64,000 bases of DNA from the NCBI GenBank assembly GCA_964106915.2, contig OZ066929.1. One strand, 5' to 3'. Both the position numbers and the translations under genes were made by a program. A model generated the notes under the pieces. That model made no database searches. It saw nothing but the letters and a program-made list of their open reading frames with translations, and was not told the DNA's origin. Shown here piece by piece: positions 39,987-52,647 of the stretch (its first letter is position 1; each line of letters begins with the position of its first letter). The DNA comes from Podarcis gaigeae. Taxonomy: Eukaryota.

Positions 39987-40306
39987 ACCAGAGTCCCTAA
40001 AGCAGCTCACAACACATCCATACATTACATTGTACCATTTTTTAAAAATCCAGATTGCGCAGGGAAATATAGGATCCAAGGGAAGAATGAAGACAATATT
40101 AAAAAGCAGAATTGTTAAATTCTCAACTGGGGGCGGAGGGCAGCAGTTTGAACCTGCAAAGAAAATACTGCATTTTGCATATGCATAGGAATACCAGATG
40201 TGACTTCAGCTCCTTGTTTTATTTATTATGTTCCTCTAGTTCTCTCAAAGTGCTTCGCCGACAGCAGATTTTGAATGGAAATGCTGTTCCCCAGAAAGTT
40301 GCTTAA

Positions 40307-40456
<150 letters not shown>

Positions 40457-40539
40457 TGACCCTGAACCTCAGGATGCCCTGGAAACTATTGGCAAGAGAC
40501 TTAAGAGTGTGCGAAAATCTTTAACCAGCCTGTTGTGTG

Positions 40540-40715
40540 CCACTAAAGGGTTGAGAAAAAACATTGCAGCGTCAGGGACTTTTTAGTTTAGAGCAAAGGT
40601 GAGTAAGGGATGACTTGATGGAAGCGTCTAAAACTGAATGGCATGCAAAAAGTGGATAGAGAAAAGTTTTTCTCCCTCTCTCAGAATGAAGTGGAATGTT
40701 GGAAGTTTCAGGAAA
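40540..40715 (+). mobile_element. Degenerate CR1 LINE fragment
   Basis: gggactttttagtttagag..aagggatgacttgat..aaagtggatagagaaaagtttttctcc resembles the CR1 RT C-terminal GLFSLE..RGDLI motif. Confidence 0.6.
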
Positions 40716-42114
40716 CTTCAACAGTTAAACTGGTGTGTATGCAGGTTTAGTTATGCACAGAAAGTTAATTAAAATATGATAATGAAATATATTTTTCATG
40801 TTCCCACAATCTTCAGTGGGTTTTATTTTACATTCAGTTTGGTCACAGAGAAATGGGGGGGGGATTATAACATCTCATGGAAAGCAGAATGCAGAGATGA
40901 GTGTTTGAAGAAGCCTAGGAACACAGTGGTTTCATTCAAACATCACACTAGGACTTAGCGCAAATGTGCAGACTCCCAGAGATGAGTTGGTGCCTGCTTT
41001 GCTCTTCCCCAGTCATTCTGTTGCACTGATCTAACACCATGGTTTGGCATAATGTCATCCAAACCCGGGCTCATGGTTTAGTTCTCACTAGACTTCCCAT
41101 GAGCTGTAACCAAGGTTTGTCTCATGGTTTATGGCTTGTGGCTCGTCTAGAAGAGCTAAACCATGAGCCCAAGTTCAGATAAGATGCTTAAGCCAAACAC
41201 AGCTTGGCTCAGTGCAACACAGCAGTAGAACAATTAGGGAGGAGTGAAGCAAACTCCTTTCTGCAAGTCCACACTCATGGTGAAGCCGTAATTTTGCTTG
41301 GTGTGACATGCAAACTAGGCCAATGAAGTGAAGCAGGACAGAAAATATCCAAGACATGGGTGCAGTGGGTAGGAGAGATGCAGAGGAAAAGGCAAACTGC
41401 AACTCCATTGCAGGGGCAGGTTGCTGAGTGCTCTGTCTTCTTGGTCACAAATTATCACAGCTTTGCTGTCTTCATGGTCCCCTCAAGTGTGTGCCGCACT
41501 ATATGAGCGGCCTAGTAGTTCAGAATGAGAACCGTGTCCCTCTATTCTTTTGATATTGCTTGTGATGTTGGTGACATCACAATCGGTGTCCAGGCGCAAG
41601 TCTGATGGCTGTATGACAATAGCAATAGCAAATTGTTTGAAAGTCAAGGAATGCGTTGCTCTTTATTCTCTAATATAGAGAACTGGAATGATTAAAACAA
41701 TGATAAGTAAGATGTTCATATAATCATAGACAACAGTGTTGAAAAGTCAAGGACTATTGACCATTCACCAGTTATTCTTGGTATTTTGAGAGGCATGAGA
41801 AAGTTAAGGGAAATCTCCCGCTTACTGGTAGACCTCAGGGTTCCAATCAAGTAATTTTGGGAAAGAGCCATCTCTCTTCTCTATTTCCACCAGTTTCTAG
41901 TAAAGCACTTTCTCAGTGGTTGGCTTGCAAATTTCAGAAACGACCCTTCTGAGACAAACATTGGAGATGAACCAGTAAATGACTTTTTCTCTGGGCCTGC
42001 CTCTCTGGTTTGCACCATGGGGTTGGGGCAATAAGACTTTCATTCCAATGTGTTGGCAAAATCAGTTACGTGGGCCACAACATCTCACCATGCCTTCTTT
42101 GTTTATCCCCATAG

Positions 42115-42944
42115 CTGAGCCGGCTCAGCCACCTTCCACCTCGAGCACTGGTGGGTCCGACGATGCCATCCGCTCCATTCTGCAGCAAGCCCGGCGAGAG
42201 ATGGAAGCACAGCAGGCCGCCCTCGAACCTGCCTTAAAAGCAACCCCTCTGTCCCAAGCTGAGATCTCCATCTTGTCCCCAAAACTTGTCCCCACGCCCG
42301 CCATTTCTTCGGTCGCCAGTTATTCCCCCCTGGCCATGTCCTTGAAGAAGCACTCGTCATCTGTGGATTCCAGCATCTCCTCCCTGCAGACTCTCTCTGG
42401 TCTGAAGAAGGAGGCCCAAGAGGCCCCCATCCTGGACCTCCACGGGATGTCTGATTCAACGCAAGGGGTGCTGAGGCACGTTAAAAATGAACTGGGGCGC
42501 AGCGGGGTGTGGAAGGACCACTGGTGGAACACTGTGCAGCCTGACAGAAGGAATGCCGCCCCTCCAGATGATCCCAAAGTGGAGGAAACCACCAGCGGGA
42601 AGGAGAAGGCCAGCAGCCAATCTCGGTCGGACCGTAACCAGCAGCTTCAAGGGCCTTCCTCTTCGGACTACTGGAAAGAGTGGCCCAACGCGGAGTCACC
42701 CTATTCCCAGAGCTCTGAACTGAGTGTGACAGGGGCAAGCCGCAGCGAGACGCCGCAGAACAGCCCCCTCCCTTCCTCCCCCATTGTCTCTTTAGCAAAG
42801 CCATCTAAACCTTCCGTTCCTCCATTGACCCCCGAGCAGTATGAGATTTATATGTACCAGGAAGTGGATACAATAGAGCTAACCCGTCAGGTCAAAGAGA
42901 AGCTAGCGAAGAACGGCATCTGCCAAAGGATATTTGGGGAAAAG
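42115..42944 (+). CDS. CUX1: CUX1 exon 18 equivalent, 830 nt; linker plus first half of CUT repeat 2 ([27 protein letters not shown])
   Basis: tttatccccatag| and AAG|gtaagc. Lies within ORF 41979..42956. CUX1 motifs WKDHWW, YWKEWP and PPLTPEQYE are present. Confidence 0.98.
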
Positions 42945-43299
42945 GTAAGCGCTTAGCTGGAGCTAGTTTGTTGGTTTGTGTGCCTTGTGATGGTGGCTTT
43001 ATGAACGCCTGGGACGTTATCTGCAGAAGGAGAGAATGGCAAATTTATCTGATTTATTAATTTGCATATTTCATTCATCTTCTTGTAAGAACCTGTGATT
43101 TTCAAAGAATTGGGGTTTGAAGGAAAACCAGAAAGAGGGAGACTCTCCAACAAGAGGCTTATTGGGAGTAAGAGCCACAGAATTGTGGAGGTAGAGATGG
43201 TAGAAGAATGATGCCAAACATCTATCCCCTGCTTGCTGAGTGGCAGAAAACTGCTCGGTGTCTTCCAGCACAAGGGTGTTGTGTGAGTCTCCTAGGTCA

Positions 43300-43537
43300 T
43301 CTTCTTTGGCGATCACTCGTAACCGAGTAAGATTGTCTTCCATAAACACAGTTTTAACAATGAGTCCGTAAGTGACTGTGGAGGCCAATTCTGGATCCAC
43401 ACATCGTTCCACAGTGGGGACATTGGTTTCCAGGCAGGAGTTGATCATGGTGTGGATTTTGCCAAGCGTGCCTTCCTCTTAGCACGTTTCTCCCTTTTGT
43501 CCTGATTTTGAGTGTCTTCAAAGCCCATGACACCTTT
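43300..43537 (-). mobile_element. RTE-clade LINE 3' end with C2H2 zinc finger
   Basis: Minus strand CPHCGTMCGSRIGLHSHLRTH, then stem-loop ACTCG-GTTA-CGAGT and an AAGAAGA tail. Confidence 0.85.
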
Positions 43538-43613
43538 CTATTTGTTGTGGCACCCAGCACTCTTCCTGCCAGCAGGTTGAAGAAGGCAGAGTGTGGCACC
43601 ACCTCTCCTCTAA

Positions 43614-43901
<288 letters not shown>

Positions 43902-46776
43902 TAGACAGCTGGACTCTTTTGGTGGTTTTTTTTAATGCCATACACAGGCTCGGCTTTCACAGTGCTTCCTTTGGTTTTGTATCCTTCCATTTAGACTGTA
44001 GTGCTAAATCTTTTTCAGCTGGAGGGCTGCATTCCTTTCTAGAGAATATTTCAAGGTGGGAGGGGGTGAGCACGTGCAGGTTGGGACCAAAGTCGCAAAC
44101 ACACTATTCACACTCAAACATCTTTCTCTCTTTCTTACACACACACATGCATAAAGCATCAGTGGTTTTTGTCTACCCTTCAGAGAATAGGTAACTGGGT
44201 GCCTCCAGAGCTGCCACTCACCAGTGTTGAGAAGGCAGCTGCTGTTTTGGTGTGTTTTCTGGCTCCTGGGCAGTGTCTGAAAGGGGAAATGCCCTGCAGT
44301 AGAAAAAAAACGCAGCCTGATGTGTGTGCAACACTGTGGCCATGGCCACAAACACCCTTTCAGCAGAATCACCCCCTCCCTTACTGGTATTGCATAAGAT
44401 GACGGAGTGGACTGCAGCTGCCACCTTTCCCTTATCTTTGGGCCCGATAAGCTCCCCAGTGGGTGAGTGATTGCCCTACATTTAGAAACCAGATTACGGC
44501 AGGAGGCATTCCCACCCAAACCCAAAAAAACCCCATAAGTTGGGCTTCCCTAAGGAAGAATTGAGCAATTCCAGGAAAAGGTGAAGCTGCACTCTCTTTC
44601 AATGCACTCATGCCTGCAACCTGTATGCCTCCGTAAATGTGCTGGACGGAGGGTACCTGCATCCCTTGGTGGTGTTTCTCAATGCTGGGGCTTCAGGAAC
44701 TCAAGTTGCACCTGTTTTTCCGCCTCCCTTTCCTTCGGCATCCTTGCCTCAAGATGGAGGGCACAGATTAGCCTTGCAAAGTGGTCCACTTAACTGTGGA
44801 ATTATGTGGGAGGCTTGAGCTATTCCTTTCTTTGCTTAGAGTCCTTCCTTTTACAGTTAAAGGGCATCGGGGACTAGAAGTGAGTTGGTCCACCCATCCT
44901 CCACCATCCTATTCAGAACGATTCCACATGAATCCGATTAACTTGGAGGACATTTGCCAAGTGTTGGAAAGTAATTTGAATTTAATTTGGATCCATTCTG
45001 AATCAGCAAAGCCACTAATCCTCCATCTGACCCCCTGACCCCAGACATCTCTAAGAGTCTGGTGGGGCTATCATACAGCCTGCACTTTACCTACCCTTGA
45101 CTTGCAAAAATGGGGGTGGGGGGCTAGAAGTAGCTGCTTTAATAGGGTCAGGAATATTTGCAGCAACACATGGAAGCATGGAAACTGCATGCTGTGTGGT
45201 TCTCTAGTGTCCTCTGGCTTAAGGCAGCTTCCTGGGGCTTATCACAGTGCTTCCCAGGAGCTCTCTCAGTCATCCCACCAGCCTTGGGAAGTTTGCAGAT
45301 AAAACCATCTACTTCAGATCAGCCCAAACTCTGGAGGGGTCTTGGATCCTATTTCAAATGGATCTAGAATGCGGATGAAATAAATCCAATACCTAGCGCC
45401 TCCATTTTAAGATTCCACCCCATCACCAAGCAGACTCATTGCCTAAACTAATTAAGGTAATTTTCAGGCCTTGCTTCTATGCAGAGAGAATATTAAATGC
45501 ATTTCAAGGGGGAGAGTTTAACAAATAGCAGATCAAACTGGTGCATTTGGGCAGGATTTCATTGGATAGTTTTTATTTGCGGTCGAAAGCACCAAGTGGG
45601 TGTGGAAGAAAGGCACAATTTCATTAGGATGAGACTTTAAAGGGCTTGGCAAAGGCCTGCTAGAGAGGGCATTCCTAAATTATCTGAAAGAACCTTAAAT
45701 ATGATGCAGAGACTGTTGACCATCACAAGGGAAGGTCCCGTGCTTCCTGGCATTTGCGTATTGGGTGAACAGCTGAAATAATGGAGGATGTTGACAAAGG
45801 GCTACTTGATAACTGTCCAGTTGATCTCTGGATTTTTCACACTTACTAGATTTTACAGAATTATCCACTTCCTCTTGTGATTGTCAAAACTGCATTTGGA
45901 CACTTCTTGTAATATAAATGTTGAACCACACAAGCAGAAGTAAAACTGGCTGCTTATGAGGCACTTAACTGTGTGGAACCAACCTCAGTTGAGCAGCAGG
46001 AATCCCTTATTTGCCTCTTCTGTATGCATGGTAGGGGTGAGCGAGAGAGCCCTTCTTGTTCCATCAACCAGGCTTGCCTTTCGCACCCTGGAGCATCCAT
46101 GCACGGGTATCACATTTTAATAGGGTGCATACCTAAATCACACAGTCTATTCCTCAGTCAGCCAGGGGTGGGGAAATGAATCAATCACACCATTGGGCCT
46201 ATAGGCATTGGATTTTACATATGTTGTGCCCTTTGCAAATGCAGTATTTGGGAGTGTTGCTCCATAGGCAGGTTCTTGCTCCTCTACCATAAGTAGAGAG
46301 CAGATAACTGTGGGTATCCTCTGTACATGCCCTAGAGTCTCCTCCAAACTATCCCCTGGATCAGAGATGGGGAGCCTGTGGCTCTCTAGATACTGCTTAC
46401 TACAAAATCTCAACATCCCAGACTGCTGGTTATGTTGGCTGGGGCTGAGGGGAGTGCAACTACATCTGGAGAGTTGCAGGTTCTCCACATCTGATCTAGG
46501 TTTAAAGTAGGGGTGTCTAACTCCAGGCCCTCCAGACGTTCCTGGAGTCCAGCTTCAGCCCCAGGCAGCATGGCCAGTGATCAGGAATGATGGGAGTTGT
46601 AGTTCAGCAGCAGGTTCCACTTTCCTGGTATAAAGGAATGGGAATTGAGCTGGTTTGATATTGTGCTGCTTTTCTCTGTTAGTCCTGGGCCATTTAATGA
46701 CCCTCATTTTGCTGGCAAGTTGTAGGCTATGTTCCTCTCCTATCTCTTCCTGATAGTCCTCCTTTTCTTTCTCCAG

Positions 46777-46833
46777 TTCTTCACTCTGTATCATCACTGC
46801 AAGATTCCCTTCAGCAGGGATGCGCAAGCTCAG
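46777..46833 (+). CDS. CUX1: CUX1 exon 20 equivalent, 57 nt: (V)LHSVSSLQDSLQQGCASS
   Basis: ccttttctttctccag| and CAG|gtaatc. Matches recalled human VLHSVTSLQDPLQQGCVSS. Ends in phase 1. Not in the ORF track. Confidence 0.93.
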
Positions 46834-47167
46834 GTAATCAGCTGCTTTCTTACAAAATCTTTTGCTTGGTTGCATTGTGTTTTGGCTTCTACATAGGACG
46901 TGGGGGAGCAACCTTTGTTCCATTCTCTTCTGCTGGGTTGGAGTTGCACCTTCCATTTCCTGGTTTTTTTCCCCTTCAAAAAGTTAAAAGGTTTAATTCC
47001 TCATTTTCCCCCAGTTACTCTGTCTTTGGTTTTTGTTTTGTTTTGTTTTTACTTGTTAAAGTGCATAGCCTGCCTTATGATTCAGGAATTGCATTATGTT
47101 TAAAACCCACAGTGCAGCAACTAAAATCTAACTAATTGAGCAGCATCAGACAAATGACAAACATAGC

Positions 47168-47169
<2 letters not shown>

Positions 47170-47207
<38 letters not shown>
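47170..47207. repeat. (CA)n microsatellite
   Basis: Directly visible. Confidence 0.97.
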
Positions 47208-47209
<2 letters not shown>

Positions 47210-49478
47210 ACTTTTAGTGAGATGCCTAGAGGTCAAAAAGGAGGGAGACAAACCTTTCTAAGAAGGGAGTTTCAAAGTTTGGGTGCCACCATCGAGAATG
47301 CCTCGTCCCCACAGAAAGGTGTGCTAGAAGTGACTGGCTAGTCAGTTTGAACGGTGCTGCTTTACAAGAGAGTTTTTGTACAGCTCATTCACAAGGCATC
47401 TTCTTTTCCCATATACTGGTTCTAACTTTATAAAGACTTGAAGACACAAGCAGGGAAGCAGAGCTGAACTCAGTGTGCTCATCTTCATGGCGTGTGTATC
47501 ACCTTGGGTCTGCCCGTCTCCATTCTAAAATGGAACTCTTAATTTGCTGATACAGTCCAGGGTAATCCTGGGGGACTTTCAGATTTCTCGTTTTATTTGT
47601 CTTTCTTTTTGAGTCCCATTCATCATTCCAGGCTTCATGCTGCTCAGGGAATTGTGGTTGTTATGGAATGCAGTAAGAGGTGGGGGTTTTTCTAAAGTGA
47701 AAATCCTGAGATAATTTGTATTGTGACATGCACAAATCCATTTTGGTGAAACTTCTGGCAGTGATACTTCTTTCTAACATCACAGGGAGGTGTGGTAGGC
47801 AAAAGAGCCGCTGGCTACCAGTGGCTGGGCTGTTCAAACCCTGGAAAGGGGAAAGGCAGGGTAAAAAGATGTAGGAACATGAGAAAGCTTGGAACCTTGT
47901 TGGACTCCAATTCCATCAGCCCCAGCCAGCATGGTCAGGGATGATGGGAGTTGTAATCCACAGGTTTCCCTGCCTCTGCAGTATGCCAAGGAAGATGTGG
48001 AGATTAGGGAAGTATGTTGGGGCTTAGAAGGGGGAGTGAAACAGCAGAAAGGGGCAGCAGAATCAAGAGGGGAAGGGAAGCTGGGTGAAGCTCTGGGCAG
48101 AGAGAAGAAAGGGCACATGGCCAGGAGCTCAAAAGATGAAAAACCTCATAATTGATTTGAAGTAACAGGTCAAATTATCGACTGCAAGCCTGTAGCTGCT
48201 TATATGGCACTTTAAAGCCGCAAATCTTATAAAGAGACACTCTTCTTCCAAAGAAAACATTTCCTTGTGAAACTCTGGTTCTACATCTGCAAAATGTGAA
48301 TTGTGGCATCCTATTCTCACCGCCATGCTCTTTGGGGAACAAATGAAGCTGATTAAAACAAAAACAAAACAAAAAACCCGTTGCATGTGAAAAGTGCAAT
48401 CTGGAGGATAATTTGAATTGGCATTTGCTCTAAGGCTCCTTAGGAAGGAAGTAAATGTTGAAGCAGAGTTCCTACTTGAAGGCAGCATTTTGGAGAGGGT
48501 TTTGTGCAACTTGAGTTAAATGAATTATATGTGTGAGGACATTGAACTAGGTTCTACTTACAGTTTTCCATTAATAATTGGGCTGCCTTGAAACCTAACC
48601 TGGCAATTCTAAGATGGGAATATAAATTCTGGGGACTGGTATAAGGGGTCTGCAAGATTAAATTTTATACCATTCTGCAAGGGGACAGGTTGATTTTGTT
48701 ACCCATCTCAAAGCATTGGGATTGGGTGGAGCATAGATCTGTGGCTGTTTCTAATGATTTATTGCAAAGGTGGGCAGACTTCTCCCTTGTAGGATCTACT
48801 TGGTTTTTACTAGAACACCAAGATCTACCAACCAGAGCCGGACGTAAAAGACATCTAGTTAGAGAGCAGAGTGCCTCTGAACACATTTAGAACCTAAGGT
48901 GTTGGTTTACAGTAGCAGAACTCAACTGAGTTCACAGTCCTTTTGCACAGAAGTCTGCTTCTTTTTAGCTTTCTTCATTTCAGCAATGTACCTGAGGTGG
49001 AAAAAAGTAAGAGGAGGGTGTTGTTGCTGCTGTTAAACTCTTGCCAATCTGCCGCCAATGACCCAGAGAATTTCCTGTTGGTCCTAACCTAACTTCTGCA
49101 TGCCCCTGTCTTATAGGCACAGTACTCAGAAATCTAGCTACTTTGCTTCCTGCCCCCTTTACCTTGGGCCTGTCCTTAAAGGTTCTTCCATCTGTTGTCT
49201 TTCAGGGCTTAATAGTTTTTGGATGGTCAGCATACAGGGTGGCCCAAAAGTAGGAATACTTTTAATTAATAAATAAAAGGATTGTTTTTCTTTACTGATA
49301 TTGTGAATGATGAGATCTTGAGTCAAGGACAAAGAAAGTGGATTCTAAAGCAGTATGCCTACTTTTGGGCCACCCTGCTAATTGTCTTTACTGCTAATTA
49401 TCTTTACTTAGAGAATGTATACTTCTGTCTTCCTCTCCCACCCCTTAGAGGAGCTGATACGATGGTCAGGTAAATAAT

Positions 49479-49729
49479 AAAGCACACCTGTGCAAGTAGA
49501 TAAATAGGTACTGCAAGCAGCGGGAAGGTAAACGGCATTTCCGTGCGCTCCGGTTTCTGTCACAGTGTCCCGTTGTGCCAGAAGTGGTTTAGTCATGCTG
49601 GCAACATGACCTGGAAAAGCTGTCTGCGGACAAACGCCAGCTCCCTCGGCCTGAAAGCAAGATGAGCACCACAGCCCCATAGTCGCCTTAGACTGGACTT
49701 AACCGTCCTGGGGTCCTTTACCTTTACCT
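49479..49729 (+). mobile_element. Sauria (Squam1) SINE, 5'-truncated
   Basis: gtgcaagtagataaataggtac..gcgggaaggtaaacggc body and (ACCTTT)n tail. No tRNA head. Confidence 0.9.
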
Positions 49730-49871
49730 ATGCTAACATCTAAAACTGTAAGTCTAAAAGGCCTGGGGAAATGAAAAGGTCTTCCTCTGGTGCAAAAAAG
49801 AAATTCAAATTATTACCAGCCAAGTCTCCCTAGAGGAAGTATTCCAGCGTCAAGCCACCCTAAATTAACTA

Positions 49872-50097
49872 CAGTGGTACCTCAGGTTAAGTACTTAATT
49901 CGTTCCAGAGGTCTGTTCTTAATCTGAAACTGTTCTTAACCTGAAGCACCACTTTAGCTAATGGGGCCTCCTGCTGCTGCTGCGCTGCCAGAGCACAATT
50001 TCTGTTCTCATCCTGAAGCAAAGTTCTTAACCTGAAGCATTATTTCTGGGTTAGCGGAGTCTGTAACCTGAAGCGTATGTAACCCCAGGTACCACTG
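49872..50097. mobile_element. Tigger-like MITE, inverted relative to the 14420 copy
   Basis: TA|CAGTGGTACCT ... AGGTACCACTG|TA. Interior is the reverse complement of the 14420 copy. Confidence 0.9.
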
Positions 50098-51158
50098 TAC
50101 TAAGTTCCTTTTCCACCCACAGCTCCCTTGCCTTCCTCTGCATCTTCTGCCCCTCACCCTCTCCTCCTTCAGCCTCTCTGGGATCTTTCCTATCAACTCT
50201 TTCAAGCTTATGACTTTGGAGTTTCTAAAGAGTACAGAGCTTTGCCATGCAGGAGGGCTTGACATCTGCCCTTTGCTTGCTGGAAGAGCTGATAGTTTAC
50301 CATCACGCAGCAAGAGGGTCACAGTTGGGGGGACAGCACCAGGCGCTATGCACTTCCTTGGCAGCTGGTGGAAACAGTTGGCAATGGCTCCTGACAGCCA
50401 GGTGGCATTTCCTGTTGGGTGCCACTGCAACTGGCAGGGGGTCGCCTTAGCACTGGGCCGCCTGAGGGAGCCTGCCTTCCTGAAGGAGCTGGAGGGGAAA
50501 TGGCATTGAGGGCGTGTGAGGTGAAGGGTGCATGTCTGAGCATGAACTCCGGCACTTCCTTGGATGGGGTCCCAGAGCGAAGCATAAACAAACCTAGGTT
50601 TAGATCCCTGAAACAAAGAAAATTATTTCCTTGCTAGGAAAGTGAGTGCCTTGCATCTTTTAGTGGTTCTTTCAGAACGGAACCTTTAAAATAAAATTTG
50701 AAAATAGCCTGGATCAAACCATTGGTCTGTCTAGCCCCAGGCAATCTACTGTGGCTCGTCTTTCAGACATGCAATCTGAGCTATTTTTCCTGGGGATTGG
50801 CTATGAGTTCTTCTGCTTGCAAAGCGTGTGCTGTGAGTCCTCCTCTGAAGCTCCCATCAGTCCACCTAGCCTGACAGCAACTGTATAAGGCCTCAGGTAG
50901 TGACTGTTCCTTAGACCTCCTAGAACCTGAGATCCTTTAGCTGGAGAAGTCAGGAGTGGAATTTGGAAGCTTTTGCATGCAGATCAGTTAGTCTAATACG
51001 AAGCACTCAGTCGCTTGGTCCATCTAGCCCAGCTTTGCCCCTGAAGTGGCAGTGACTCTTCATAATCTCAGGCTGAGGCCTGCTGCCTGGCATCCTTTAA
51101 AAACAGCCTTTCCCCACCTCATTCCCTCCAGATGTTTTGAGCTACAACTCCCATCATA

Positions 51159-51523
51159 AAAGGTAAAGGTAAAGGTACCCCTGCCCGTACGGGCCAGTCT
51201 TGACAGACTCTGGGGTTGTGCGCCCATCTCACTTAAGAGGCCAGGGGCCAGCGCTGTCCGGAGACACTTCCGGGTCATGTGGCCAGCGTGACAAAGCTGC
51301 ATCTGGCAAGCCAGAGCCGCACACGGAAACGCCGTTTACCTTCCCGCTGGTAAGCGGTCCCTATTTATCTACTTGCACCCGGAGGTGCTTTCGAACTGCT
51401 AGGTTGGCAGGCACTGGGACCGAGCAGCGGGAGCGCACCCCGCCACAGGGATTCGAACCGCCGACCTTTCGATCGGCAAGTCCTAGGCGCTGAGGCTTTA
51501 ACCCACAGCGCCACCTGCGTCCC
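51159..51523 (-). mobile_element. Full-length Sauria (Squam1) SINE
   Basis: Minus strand starts GGGACGCAGGTGGCGCTGTGG (A box), has GGTTCGAATCC (B box) and an (ACCTTT)3 tail. 13-bp TSD aactcccatcata (51146-51158, 51526-51538). Confidence 0.95.
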
Positions 51524-52287
51524 GGAACTCCCATCATACCAGCCAGCAAAGCCTGGGATTGAACCCAGAGATGATCTTTGCGAATAATAGTAAATTTAAA
51601 ACCACTTCAGAGCTTTTGTAAGGGCTCACGGGATTTCTTGCTTCTCCATACAAAGCAGTTCCATCCATATAGAGAGCAGCTCTGCAAAAAGAAGGGTCCA
51701 TCTCCTTGACACACTTGTTCTCTGCAAGGAATGCTCAGTCTCGTGGTCTGAAGTGGTGCAGTGAAGATGCAGGTTAAGAATGACATTCTGACACACCAAA
51801 ATTCCATCATTCCTCAGAATAACGAATTATTTCCATTACTAGAATTTTGTCACATAGTCTTGCACTGAGAGCAGGTAGCAGACATCATCCATTTATTTAT
51901 TTATTACTTTTGTTGCATTTTTGATTATTTTCTCCCCTCCTTTTCCCCGCCCCCAGCTTCCCATTTAGGAACTCAGATCCTAAAATAGTGCCAATTTCAA
52001 CTGGCAGATGTTTTGTGTGCCCTTTTGCAAAAGGGACTGAAATTAGCCTGTCAGTTGGTACCTAAATAAAGCAGCTTGAAACTGCCTTTTGTCCAAAAAC
52101 TTCACAATTGCTACCCTCAGAGGTTGCAGTGTTTTGTTTTATCTGATGGGGGGGGGGCTGAAAGAACATATTATGCAAGCAATAGCGTGGAAGCGTAGGC
52201 AGGAGAAGGGATGGCTGCAAATAAACGTCCCAGGCACAATCCAGCAGCAGCAAGCCCTTTCAGGACCTTTGAATCTAGCTGTGATCT

Positions 52288-52647
52288 AGTCCCAGTGAAA
52301 GAAGATTGGCTTATGAAGATGACAGAACATGCTGAGTTGGCTAGATTAACTGTGAGAATTAAAGAACAGAATGAAGAAAAAAAAATCAAAAAATGGAAAT
52401 ATTTTGTGGATTACTTGAAAAAAACCACCCTATGGTTATGTTAAAACATATGCAGGATTTGAAGTATAGCAGCGGATGAAAATTGCAGTTTAATAATTTA
52501 TAATCAGTGTTTATAATGGGTAAAATATAAGTAATATAGCAGCTTTATAAGGTAAGAAAAGAACACCATGGGAAGTCAACGGATCTGAGAGATTTATTCT
52601 TTGTAAAATTTGAAAAGTTAATTTTAAAAATGTTATAAAAAAAGAAA
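52288..52647 (+). mobile_element. L1-clade LINE, 5'-truncated, with TSD
   Basis: VPVKEDWLMKMTEHAELARLT..WKYFVDY, A-rich tail, 13-bp TSD ctagctgtgatct (52275-52287, 52648-52660). Confidence 0.85.

Noticed and set aside
42103-42804. Several overlapping ORFs on both strands across exon 18
   Set aside because: Off-frame or antisense shadows of the CUX1 coding sequence.
50008-50616. 202-aa minus-strand ORF sharing a C-terminus with ORF 14264..14509
   Set aside because: The shared peptide (QWYLGL.TLQVT.SANPEI) comes from the same MITE, not from paralogous proteins.
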